Shown here in pieces: positions 24,280 through 32,000 of a stretch of 32,000 bases of DNA; the stretch's first letter is position 1; the number at the start of each line of letters is the position of its first letter. Below the pieces are notes generated by a model. The model saw only the letters and a list, made by a program, of their open reading frames with translations, was not told where the DNA came from and made no database searches. Source of the stretch: Candidatus Saccharimonas aalborgensis (GTDB lineage: Bacteria; Patescibacteriota; Saccharimonadia; Saccharimonadales; Saccharimonadaceae); contig NC_021219.1 of assembly GCF_000392435.1 (NCBI RefSeq), positions 90,001-122,000 on the forward strand, given 5' to 3'. Both the position numbers and the translations under genes were made by a program.

Positions 24280-24816
24280 CTAGCAGGCAGCGATCAGCGC
24301 ACTCACAGTAGCGTCGATTTTTTTGGAGACAGCTTCGTCATCCTGAACTGCTCCATCGACTGCGAGATCTTGCATAAATTGTAAGCCGGCTATTGGCTCA
24401 ATAAGCTTCATGTGCAACACTTCATTCATCAACTCTAGATGTTGATAGGCATGCTTTGCAGCATAAAATCCGTAGCCGACAAATGCCACAGGCTTACCCT
24501 CCCACTCTTTATAAATCCAGTCGATCGCGTTTTTCTGAACACCACTTAGGCTATGGTTGTATTCTGGCGAAACCAATACCACGCCATCAGCTTCTTTTAC
24601 CATCGTCGTCCACTGTAATACTGATTGATGTTCTGGACTAAATCCCTCCATAGAAGGTGGTAGGGCGCTGTCAAAAAAAGGTAACGCTAACTTACTGAGA
24701 TCGGCGACAGATACTACTGCGTCTTTTTCTTGCAATTTCTTAACTACATACGGTACCACCTGTTGACCCGCGCTATTTGGTCGTACGCTCCCTGTTACAA
24801 CGACTATTTTTACCAT
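24280..24816 (-). CDS. NAD(P)H-dependent FMN reductase family oxidoreductase
   Basis: 178 aa. 'KIVVVTGSVRPNSAG' and 'VLVSPEYNHSLSGVQKNAIDW' are typical of the flavodoxin-like FMN_red family. Confidence 0.8.
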   Translation of the reverse strand: MVKIVVVTGSVRPNSAGQQVVPYVVKKLQEKDAVVSVADLSKLALPFFDSALPPSMEGFSPEHQSVLQWTTMVKEADGVVLVSPEYNHSLSGVQKNAIDWIYKEWEGKPVAFVGYGFYAAKHAYQHLELMNEVLHMKLIEPIAGLQFMQDLAVDGAVQDDEAVSKKIDATVSALIAAC

Positions 24817-24873
24817 ATATCCCCCTTCGCCTTACAATAGTTGATACATCGCCATCATTGCTATACTGTTCTT

Positions 24874-25164
24874 ATGGCCTTTAATCATTATGCAAAGATT
24901 GCTCGAATCATCAATAGTCTCGCCTCATCATGGATCGTCGTACGCATTGACAAACCAACCACTGCAAAAAAATTCAATGGCGGGCAAGCATATTATGATC
25001 ACTATTACAGAGTGTACGACGGTCAACACCGCCCCATACCCTATTGCAAATTTCAGCAACTAGAGCGCTTTGCCCGCGTTATGCAGCTCGACATTAATGA
25101 GATACCTGTAGTTGACGAAGGCGCTTTAACGGCGATCAAAATGAATAGGTCATCAGACGATTGA
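24874..25164 (+). CDS. Hypothetical protein (96 aa)
   Basis: ORF with ATG at 24874. The track ORF begins at TTG 24841, which coincides with a possible -35 box. TATACT (24862-24867) lies 6 nt upstream of the ATG. No family recognised. The 3' end overlaps the convergent GNAT gene by 29 nt. Confidence 0.35.
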   Translation: MAFNHYAKIARIINSLASSWIVVRIDKPTTAKKFNGGQAYYDHYYRVYDGQHRPIPYCKFQQLERFARVMQLDINEIPVVDEGALTAIKMNRSSDD

Positions 25165-25609
25165 CATCGTCAGTCTCATCGTGTTCTCTAAATCCGTTCG
25201 CTTCATAAAAACCGACAGCTTCTGGCAGTGACTCAAGTTTACAGATACTTGCCCCACTCGACTTCATATGATCAAGGATGAACCCGAGCATGTGTGTACC
25301 GACATGTTGACGCCGTACATCGGGGTCCACCGCCAAACCATGGAGCCAAGCTTCAGACTGTCCTCTGCCCCCAGTATAATAATTTGCCAAGCCTACTACT
25401 CTTTGCCCCATGATTCCGGCAACGGCAGCATTCCCATGACGGAAATGTCGTAGGATCTCATTTGCGTGTCGAAGCGACGGTAAACCCGGTCGAGGTACGC
25501 CATGTATTGCATCATACACTCTCAATCCCTCTCGTATGAAGTGAAAATCACCACTCGAAGGAAGTAGTGATCTTGGCACTACGATTGGTCTGATTTCGAG
25601 TGCGCGCAA
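25136..25609 (-). CDS. GNAT-family N-acetyltransferase
   Basis: 157 aa. 'LHGLAVDPDVRRQHVGTHMLGFI' (Q/RxxGxG/A-type acetyl-CoA loop) and 'FYEANGFRE'. The TTG start directly abuts the pheT stop. A GTG 10 codons downstream is an alternative start. Confidence 0.75.
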   Translation of the reverse strand: MRALEIRPIVVPRSLLPSSGDFHFIREGLRVYDAIHGVPRPGLPSLRHANEILRHFRHGNAAVAGIMGQRVVGLANYYTGGRGQSEAWLHGLAVDPDVRRQHVGTHMLGFILDHMKSSGASICKLESLPEAVGFYEANGFREHDETDDVNRLMTYSF

Positions 25610-28126
25610 TTAAACCCGTTCCGCGGCAAGCTCATCTTTTGCACAACTGGCGATGTGATCCATGACGGGATTTATCGTTTGATCCGTAAGCGTCTTGTCA
25701 TAACTGGTAAAAGTAATGTGGAGTGTTGTTGTCTTTTTGTCAGTATTGTCCTCTGCACTATAGACGGCAACCGGCTCAAGACGAATATCAATTCCCGCCA
25801 TTTTCTCCGTTGCCGCACTCCAAACACAGTGAAATATTTTTTCATACGGCACCGAGAAAGCGGTTTTCAGGGAGATGTCTTGTGATGTTGATGGATAACG
25901 GGACAAAGGTTGATAGTTGTTACGCTTTAGCTCAACAGCATTGGCGATTCCTGCTAACTCTAGCGTCATTGCCGCAGTATAGTCTGGTAGTTTAAACGCC
26001 TTCCTCACCGACTGCTTTAGTTCACCTACTATGCCAATATATTCACCTTGCCTGCTCTCGATCCTCGCGCTACGAGCTGGGGCAAATACCGTCGCGGCAT
26101 GTATGCCATCAGCATTGTCAATTGGTATTAGTTTGAGTGTAAGACCGAGGTCTTTTGCCAATTGAGAAACGAGTCGACGCATCATATAGTATGCCGCTCC
26201 CTGACGAGGCTTTTTGCTAGCATATACAGCATCTACAAACTCAGGCTCACTAGGAAGCCCATTATCGTCTGCCAGATGAGACACTTTGTCGTGGCCTTTA
26301 CCAATTTCAAACAGCACAAACTCATCATAGCTATTTTTTATGTTGGCATGCACCTTGTCCAACAAGCTAGGCAGTACTGACAACCGATATAAATGGAGAT
26401 CGGGGCTGATGGCGTTTCCAAGACGAAATGCTCGAGAGGCATCCTGCTCGGCTTTTTTCATAACTTGCTCGTGCACAAAACTGTATGTTAGTACTTCATT
26501 CGCTCCGGCGCGCGCCAGACTCTGACGAATACGCTGTTTGAGTACCCTATTTTTGTTGCGCGTGGCAACACCGCCAGCACGTTTGGGTAATTCGCGGGGC
26601 AAGGCATCAAAACCATACAACCGCCCAACTTCCTCTACAACATCCTCGGGAACCTCTATGTCCATTCGCCAGTAAGGCGGCAAAACGACAATAGCATCAT
26701 CGCCATCATCTGACACCTCGTCATCACAGCGCATCTCAACATTTGAAAGAAGTGTCGTAATTTGCGGTTTAGCCAGTGAAAGTCCTAGGCGATTATTGAT
26801 AAATGAGGGAGTAATAACTACCGCCTTGGACGGGGTGATGGTTTGGCCAGCATCAACTACTTCGGTTGCCTGAGCCCCACCTGCCACGTCGATTATGGAC
26901 ATCATCAGCAGGTTGAGCACATACGGATTTTGCTGTGGTGACTGACCTTTATTGAAGCGAGTCAGCGCGTCGGAAAAAACCCCATGTCGCATGCTCGACT
27001 TGCGGACCGTATACATATCAAAGGTGGCTACTTCAAGCACAATAGAAGTCGTCGTATCGCTCACTTCGCTATTGCTACCGCCCATGATACCCGCCAAACC
27101 GACAGGACCCTCTTGATCTGCAATGACAATATCATCGCTACCGAGCTCATACGTTTTTCCGTTGAGAAGCGTCACCTTCTCACCACTATTTGCCATGCGT
27201 GCGCTAAGCGCGTGACCTCGCAATTTATCATAGTCATATGCATGGGTGGGCTGAGCGGTAAGTAGCATGACATAATTTGTCACGTCAACAATATTGTTAA
27301 TCGCCTTACTACCAAGTCGTATCAATTCGCACTGTAGCCAAAGCGGACTTGGTTTTACCTCGATACCACTAAACCCAACCGCCATAAAACGTGGTACTTG
27401 GGTGAGCGCTTGATTTGTGACTGTCAGCTCAAAGCTATTTGCTGATAAAAATGATGGAAGGGTCGTATACCACTCTGGGCTGTGAAACGGTTGCCCGGTG
27501 ATCCCAGCAATTTCACGTGCCACACCCAACTGACCGAAACAATCAGGGCGATGAGTAAACATTTTATTCTCAATATCAATAATAGTGTCGTCTAACCCCA
27601 TTGCCTCAGCAAAATCCTGACCAGTCGCAAGTCCTCTTGCGCCAATGTGCGGCGGCATGTCTTCTTCGCGAAGTTCAATAATTCCGTTGTGGTCACTATT
27701 GATAGCCAGCTCATCACCCGCTCCCAGCATTCCATTGCTCATGACGCCACGAATTTCTCGCGGCTCAAGTACAAAGGGTTTGGCATCGGCATAGCTAGCC
27801 GGGACAGTTGTGTGTGGCGGCAACCATACTGCCCACATATTGGCGTGAACATTCGGTGCACCGCATACGACCTGGACGTACCCATCAACATCGCGGTCAA
27901 CATCACGTACTGATTGGCCATCATCGATTTTGCACACACTTAGTTTGTCGGCATTTGGATGCTTTTCGCAGGAAACTACTTTTACGATCGTAATATTTTT
28001 GTATCGTACGCCTAGTTCGGTCACTTCCTCAACGCCGCCAAGCTGATTGTTTATCGTCGCAACAAGTTCATCAACTAGTATGTTGATGGAAGTAAACTGT
28101 TTAATGAGGTTGAGGCTTACTTTCAT
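25610..28126 (-). CDS. pheT: Phenylalanine--tRNA ligase beta subunit
   Basis: 838 aa. N-terminal tRNA-binding domain 'VVSCEKHPNADKLSVCKIDDG', B3/4 and B5 regions, and a C-terminal anticodon-binding-like domain. Length and order are typical of bacterial PheT. Confidence 0.95.
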   Translation of the reverse strand: MKVSLNLIKQFTSINILVDELVATINNQLGGVEEVTELGVRYKNITIVKVVSCEKHPNADKLSVCKIDDGQSVRDVDRDVDGYVQVVCGAPNVHANMWAVWLPPHTTVPASYADAKPFVLEPREIRGVMSNGMLGAGDELAINSDHNGIIELREEDMPPHIGARGLATGQDFAEAMGLDDTIIDIENKMFTHRPDCFGQLGVAREIAGITGQPFHSPEWYTTLPSFLSANSFELTVTNQALTQVPRFMAVGFSGIEVKPSPLWLQCELIRLGSKAINNIVDVTNYVMLLTAQPTHAYDYDKLRGHALSARMANSGEKVTLLNGKTYELGSDDIVIADQEGPVGLAGIMGGSNSEVSDTTTSIVLEVATFDMYTVRKSSMRHGVFSDALTRFNKGQSPQQNPYVLNLLMMSIIDVAGGAQATEVVDAGQTITPSKAVVITPSFINNRLGLSLAKPQITTLLSNVEMRCDDEVSDDGDDAIVVLPPYWRMDIEVPEDVVEEVGRLYGFDALPRELPKRAGGVATRNKNRVLKQRIRQSLARAGANEVLTYSFVHEQVMKKAEQDASRAFRLGNAISPDLHLYRLSVLPSLLDKVHANIKNSYDEFVLFEIGKGHDKVSHLADDNGLPSEPEFVDAVYASKKPRQGAAYYMMRRLVSQLAKDLGLTLKLIPIDNADGIHAATVFAPARSARIESRQGEYIGIVGELKQSVRKAFKLPDYTAAMTLELAGIANAVELKRNNYQPLSRYPSTSQDISLKTAFSVPYEKIFHCVWSAATEKMAGIDIRLEPVAVYSAEDNTDKKTTTLHITFTSYDKTLTDQTINPVMDHIASCAKDELAAERV

Positions 28127-28671
28127 TGGTATGCTCCTATAGCGATTGCGGCCACCAGTGGAAATGTCTTGTATTCCTGCTGGTGGCTTGCTGAGCCAAA
28201 ATGACCGTCTTGTTTGATAATGAGTGTCCCTCCTAGTTTATCAAATGCCAACCGACCTTGGGTATCATCGCATTTCCACGGATCATTGGTGGAGTTAATC
28301 ATATAGTAGTCTGCCAGTGGTGCCAGCTTCTGCCAATCATAGTGCGGCTGAAGAACTGGCTCACGACCCATATCAATTTCTGTATAGAAGCCGGCGATGA
28401 GCAGCGCGCGAGCAATTTTTTGACCTGATACTTCGAGGATACTGAGAATGAATGGCGCACCGGCAGAGTGTCCGATCAGAACTGTTTCTTCATTCAGATC
28501 AAGCGTCGGTAATACCTGACTTACCATCTCAGCAATCGGCTGCTGATTCATTTGCGGCAAATTGGGTACCGAGACGGTATAGCCCGCTTTTTCCATCTGT
28601 TGCTTTACCCACGGAAACCACTGGTCGTCAGGCGACTCACCAGTACCATGAAAAATAATTGCGTTTTTCAC
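28123..28671 (-). CDS. Alpha/beta serine hydrolase, YdeN/RBBP9-like (PF06821-type)
   Basis: 182 aa. 'IIFHGTGESPDDQWFPWVK', nucleophile elbow 'LIGHSAG', 'NDPW' and 'QDGHFG'. ATGA overlaps at both ends (28668-28671 and 28123-28126). Confidence 0.8.
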   Translation of the reverse strand: MKNAIIFHGTGESPDDQWFPWVKQQMEKAGYTVSVPNLPQMNQQPIAEMVSQVLPTLDLNEETVLIGHSAGAPFILSILEVSGQKIARALLIAGFYTEIDMGREPVLQPHYDWQKLAPLADYYMINSTNDPWKCDDTQGRLAFDKLGGTLIIKQDGHFGSASHQQEYKTFPLVAAIAIGAYQ

Positions 28672-29132
28672 CCCACTATCTCCTCATCCGATACACCTTG
28701 CATAGCATCGTTAATCTTCTCACGATGACGATAAAACGCCAGCGGCAGCAACTCTTCGATACTGCGTACCTCAACAGAGCCATGGCTATCGACGATAATT
28801 CGTGCTTGCGGGACATAATCATGAAAAATCTGACGACATTTACCACACATATTGGCAACAACATACTCTCCGGCGGTATTGCGTCGCACCGCTACCACTG
28901 TTTGCACCGCATAATTTTCGCGGTTCATAGCATGCGTCAGTGCCGAAACTTCTGCACAAATTGAGCCAGAAAAATGATCAAAATTAAGTCCCATGATGAT
29001 ATGCCCATCAGCCATGCGCAGCGCTGCTGCAACTGTATGCAGCGGTTTGCGATACTTCTGTTCCAAGTGACGACGGGCAAGTGTAATCAGCTCGTTGTCT
29101 TGCTCGTTTAGTGCATGTTCATATTGCTCCAT
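28668..29132 (-). CDS. Cytidine/blasticidin-S deaminase-like zinc deaminase
   Basis: 154 aa. 'GLNFDHFSGSICAEVSAL' (CAE with the catalytic Glu), 'MCGKCRQIF' (CxxC zinc ligands) and 'IEELLPLAF'. Collinear with homotetrameric Cdd. The HF(S/T)G..CAE block resembles blasticidin-S deaminase as I recall it. Confidence 0.8.
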   Translation of the reverse strand: MEQYEHALNEQDNELITLARRHLEQKYRKPLHTVAAALRMADGHIIMGLNFDHFSGSICAEVSALTHAMNRENYAVQTVVAVRRNTAGEYVVANMCGKCRQIFHDYVPQARIIVDSHGSVEVRSIEELLPLAFYRHREKINDAMQGVSDEEIVG

Positions 29133-29143
29133 GGTACGTGTTC

Positions 29144-29686
29144 CTACCTCACTATCTCAGCGAGCAGTTCCGGAAACTCGCGCATGACCATTCCATCCGA
29201 TTGCATACCAAAATGATTTTTATTCTCAAGGCTGATCAGCCGCCCGCCCAGATGCTCGGCATTATACTGAGCTGCCACATAGGGCACCCACTCATCATCG
29301 CGAGAATGTAATAAAACGATGTCAGCGCAATTATGCCGAATAGTCTCAAAGTCATAGGCACCCGAATAAAAATCCCCACCTGCTGCATCCACAAGGTGCG
29401 CACCGTTTGTGGCAACGAGGATAACCCGCTTAACTGGGCGGTCTGGTTGTTCGAGCCAGCGCAGTGCAGCCATCCCGCCGCGCGAGTGTCCGACCAGTAT
29501 TGTTTCCTCATCAGGATGGACGGCATCAATATCGGCAAGCCAATCGGCGATACGAGGCACTTCTTCGGTAGTCAATGCGGGCACATTGCACTCAATAGTT
29601 CGCGCGGTACACTCGGCTTTGATCCATGGATACCACGCATCATCCGCTGTTTTATTTTTTCCGTGGAGTAGTACAACACGCGTCAT
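29144..29686 (-). CDS. Alpha/beta serine hydrolase, YdeN/RBBP9-like (second paralogue)
   Basis: 180 aa. 'VLLHGKNKTADDAWYPWIK', 'LVGHSRGG', 'RDDEW' and 'NKNHFG', the same motif order as 28123..28671. The ATG overlaps the pheS stop (ATGA, 29683-29686). Confidence 0.8.
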   Translation of the reverse strand: MTRVVLLHGKNKTADDAWYPWIKAECTARTIECNVPALTTEEVPRIADWLADIDAVHPDEETILVGHSRGGMAALRWLEQPDRPVKRVILVATNGAHLVDAAGGDFYSGAYDFETIRHNCADIVLLHSRDDEWVPYVAAQYNAEHLGGRLISLENKNHFGMQSDGMVMREFPELLAEIVR

Positions 29687-30726
29687 GCGCTAAATTGCCT
29701 CAAGAAATCTAGTTTACCCGACTCGAGATGACGGATGTCCTCTATCTGGTATTTCATCATCACAAGTCGATCAATCCCACAACCGAACGCAAATCCCGTG
29801 TAAATCGTTGGGTCAATGTCAGCTTCTTTCAAAACGTTCGGATGAATCATACCGCAACCAAGCAGCTCAATCCACCCAGATTGGCTACAGATGTTGCAGC
29901 CCTGCTTGTCGCAAAAAGGACAGCTGAGCGCAAACTCAAAACTGGGTTCCGTAAACGGAAAATAAAAGGGGTTAACTCGCACTTCAAGCTGCCTGCCATA
30001 ATACTCTTCGAGGAAGGCCTGAAGCGTGGCGATCAGCATACCCGCATGAACACCCTTTGCCACGTACACCCCCTCAACCTGATAAAAGGTGTGCTCGTGT
30101 CGGGCATCAAGGTCTTCGTTGCGAAATGTTCTGTCGGGCACTATGACAGCGATGGGCTGGTTATTTTCGAGATTGTCATGATATTTCCTCATGACACGAT
30201 TTTGCATTGTACTGGTATGGGCGGGTGCAATCAGCGGATCGCCGCTCGCATCTGTCTCTACTGTCATGAAAGTATCCCAGTCATCCCTGGCAGGATGGCC
30301 TTTGGGAAAGTTTAGGCTCTCAAACATATGGTACTGGTCATCGATTTCACGAGACTCTTCGGTCACGAACCCCATGCGATTGAATATGTCGCTAATTGTT
30401 TCGATTTCATTCATCAGCGGATGAATTGTTCCTTGATCACTAGGCAATAGCGCAGGCATTGCTGCATTTACATCAAACGGTGCCGTGATATCAATCGCTG
30501 GCAGTTCTTTTGCACTAAGTTGTTCTTGGCGTTTCGCCACGGCGCGCGCAATTGTTTCTTTTAGCTCATTTACTTTCTGGCCAAATTCTTTTCGCTCATC
30601 AACAGCAAGCGTCGGAATACTCGCGTACAATTCTCGAAACTCCTTGCTTTTTAAGATGTCTGCGGGAGTATCAGAGGCCGCAATCCGCGACTCAAGTTCA
30701 ACTTTAAGAGAAGCAATATCGATCAT
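29683..30726 (-). CDS. pheS: Phenylalanine--tRNA ligase alpha subunit
   Basis: 347 aa. N-terminal coiled-coil; class II core 'HPARDDWDTF', 'RTFRNEDLDARHEHTFYQVEG' and 'GFAFGCGIDRLVM'. Confidence 0.95.
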   Translation of the reverse strand: MIDIASLKVELESRIAASDTPADILKSKEFRELYASIPTLAVDERKEFGQKVNELKETIARAVAKRQEQLSAKELPAIDITAPFDVNAAMPALLPSDQGTIHPLMNEIETISDIFNRMGFVTEESREIDDQYHMFESLNFPKGHPARDDWDTFMTVETDASGDPLIAPAHTSTMQNRVMRKYHDNLENNQPIAVIVPDRTFRNEDLDARHEHTFYQVEGVYVAKGVHAGMLIATLQAFLEEYYGRQLEVRVNPFYFPFTEPSFEFALSCPFCDKQGCNICSQSGWIELLGCGMIHPNVLKEADIDPTIYTGFAFGCGIDRLVMMKYQIEDIRHLESGKLDFLRQFSA

Positions 30727-30747
30727 TACCTCTTTAGTATACTACGA

Positions 30748-31005
30748 TTATGAGTTGACGCGGACTACAAAATAGATAAATACTGCTACCGCTGCCAAAA
30801 AGATAGTTGCCCACACTCCGGCCAGACTTGTTGTATGCTTGGTACCTTTCATATACTCTGCGTCTTCTACACCATCAATTGCAGTATACGCAGTCGACGG
30901 ATCACCTTCATCTTTGGCACGAGCAGCTGCCTTTGCACGCAAGTCTGCGGCAATTCGTTGTTGCAATTCGGAACGTGCTTGCGTTTGTTCAATATATCTT
31001 CCCAT
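30748..31005 (-). CDS. Hypothetical tail-anchored small membrane protein (85 aa)
   Basis: ATG ORF 21 nt upstream of pheS on the same strand. Charged Ala/Arg/Lys-rich N-terminal half and a single C-terminal helix (LAGVWATIFLAAVAVFIYFVV). No family recognised. Confidence 0.45.
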   Translation of the reverse strand: MGRYIEQTQARSELQQRIAADLRAKAAARAKDEGDPSTAYTAIDGVEDAEYMKGTKHTTSLAGVWATIFLAAVAVFIYFVVRVNS

Positions 31006-31036
31006 GCGTGACTTGTATTATACCATGAGCTCATTA

Positions 31037-31045
31037 TGCTATAAT
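31037..31045 (+). promoter_or_regulatory. Extended -10 promoter element (TGcTATAAT) for the MIP channel gene
   Basis: TGCTATAAT at 31037-31045. AGGAGG at 31064-31069 lies 7 nt before ATG 31077. Confidence 0.4.
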
Positions 31046-31076
31046 AGCTGCATATTCACGATAAGGAGGGAATATA

Positions 31077-32000
31077 ATGGCTACCAAGAAAGCCGCTTCT
31101 ACCAAAAAAGCGACCGTCAAAAAGCCGGCCGTCGCAGCCAAAACTACAAAAACAAAAGTAACTGTCAAACCATTGGCAAAAGAAGTTACGCACCCAGCAA
31201 AATCAGTTGCGCACCCTACGGTTCGCGTCAAACGTGAAAGGACGAACCTTGCGCTTCCTGGCAACGTTGTCAACATCGTTTTTGCTGAGCTGATCGGTAC
31301 GTTTGTACTGACATTGGTTGCGCTGCTTGCGGCACAAACTGTCGATGTGCTCTATGTCGGCCTCACGTTAGTGGTACTGGTTCTGGCCATTGGCGCAATT
31401 TCAGGTGCACATGTCAATCCAGCCGTTACCTTTGCACAGTGGACAATGCGCCGCCTCAAGGGTGTACTCGTGCCATTTTACTGGGGAGCTCAATTCCTCG
31501 GGAGCATGCTGGCCGTTATTGTGATGAACCTCGTTGCAGGCGGCACACTCAAGCTCGATTTCAGTCATATGGGCTGGAATGTGTTTGATTGGTCAGTCTT
31601 CGGTATTGAACTCACTGCAACTGCTATCTTTGTCTTCGGACTGAGCGCAGTATTGAGTCGCCGAGATCTTGCAAATACCAGCCGCGCACTCGGCGTAGGA
31701 CTCTCGCTTATGGTTGGTCTTGTCGTTGGCGGTGGTCTTGTCAGTACCCTGCAAACCAACGTGCAAAAATCACTTGCTAATTCGAGCATTACGTCTCCAG
31801 ACCAGATACCGCACGCCTTGCGTGTAACAAATGCCACACTCAACCCGGCGGTAGCACTTGCGGTAACTGAGCGCCCAGATAGCGCCTTCAGCCGTGCCGG
31901 TGATACCAAGAATGACAAACAATACTCTCGACTAAGTATTGAGGTTATCACTGCAACGCTCGTAGGAGCTGCCTTAGGAGGCAACCTCTACTTGCTTCTC
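31077..32000 (+). CDS. MIP-family channel (aquaporin/glycerol-facilitator-like), divergent; 3' end beyond the window
   Basis: Own translation, 308 codons with no stop: MATKKAASTKKATVKKPAVAAKTTKTKVTVKP...NIVFAELIGTFVLTLVALL...ISGAHVNPAVTFAQW...YWGAQFLGSMLAV...FGIELTATAIFVFGL...ATLNPAVALAV... Two NPA boxes (31416-31424 and 31842-31850). It is absent from the ORF track because it is open at the window edge. Confidence 0.85.
   Translation, partial: MATKKAASTKKATVKKPAVAAKTTKTKVTVKPLAKEVTHPAKSVAHPTVRVKRERTNLALPGNVVNIVFAELIGTFVLTLVALLAAQTVDVLYVGLTLVVLVLAIGAISGAHVNPAVTFAQWTMRRLKGVLVPFYWGAQFLGSMLAVIVMNLVAGGTLKLDFSHMGWNVFDWSVFGIELTATAIFVFGLSAVLSRRDLANTSRALGVGLSLMVGLVVGGGLVSTLQTNVQKSLANSSITSPDQIPHALRVTNATLNPAVALAVTERPDSAFSRAGDTKNDKQYSRLSIEVITATLVGAALGGNLYLLL

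Noticed and set aside
891-31984. Many 60-215-aa ORFs antisense to, or nested within, strongly supported genes. Examples: 891..1127+, 1176..1421+, 1380..1721-, 2693..3103-, 4097..4513+, 4818..5315+, 5509..5847+, 7364..7747+, 7856..8380-, 9343..9885+, 9659..10033+, 16128..16772+, 29333..29671+, 29728..30315+, 30839..31237+, 31565..31984-
   Set aside because: Each lies inside a gene whose other frame or strand gives a conserved family signature. Their translations are Arg/Ser/Cys/Leu-rich, as is typical of shadow frames, and none has an SD or a recognisable motif. For example, 31565..31984 is antisense to the MIP gene and 16128..16772 is antisense to trxB.
1-32000. Search for mobile elements, prophage, a CRISPR-Cas or restriction-modification/defence island, rRNA or tRNA genes
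   Set aside because: I recognised no transposase, integrase, recombinase, cas, methyltransferase or phage structural signatures in any frame. I saw no long inverted or direct repeats bounding a segment, and no cloverleaf-like sequences in the few intergenic gaps. The window appears to be core chromosome with small insertions only.

Overview
The window is gene-dense (about 40 genes, mostly on the minus strand, many with 1-4 nt start/stop overlaps). I saw no rRNA, tRNA, CRISPR array, transposase or integrase. All family calls come from motif recognition in the translations; no database search was run.

Gene content and compaction fit a reduced-genome bacterium of the CPR/Patescibacteria type, Saccharibacteria-like (inference): split transketolase, PfkB-type kinases instead of a classical PFK, a type IV pilin, NDH-2 plus cytochrome bd, and a short Rel.

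Layout, left to right:
- uvrB 5' end (partial).
- An ~11 kb same-strand central-carbon cluster: LOG-like protein, two PfkB kinases, class II aldolase, M16 peptidase, split transketolase with an embedded micro-ORF, rpe, rpiB, then gap with a trailing pilin.
- rel, ppa, and a PLD/GDPD pair.
- trxB and an FKBP gene.
- ndh divergent from cydA plus a short non-CydB partner.
- An ABC exporter, a DUF2779-like nuclease and an FMN reductase.
- A pheS...pheT operon, then a partial divergent MIP channel.

Most interesting observations:
1. pheS and pheT are separated by a translationally coupled three-gene cassette: Ser-hydrolase, blasticidin-S-deaminase-like protein, Ser-hydrolase.
2. A GC-rich orphan unit of ~300 nt runs from a strong promoter to a strong terminator. 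It is open in all three plus frames, so it is either a Cys/His/Pro-rich 67-aa protein or a structured RNA.
3. NDH-2 and CydA are paired with a 5-TM partner about half the size of CydB.
4. A 2-TM micro-ORF is coupled on both sides between the transketolase halves.
5. The MIP channel lacks the Arg after its second NPA and has a Lys/Ala-rich N-terminal tail.
6. The FKBP gene appears separated from its membrane anchor by a frame change.
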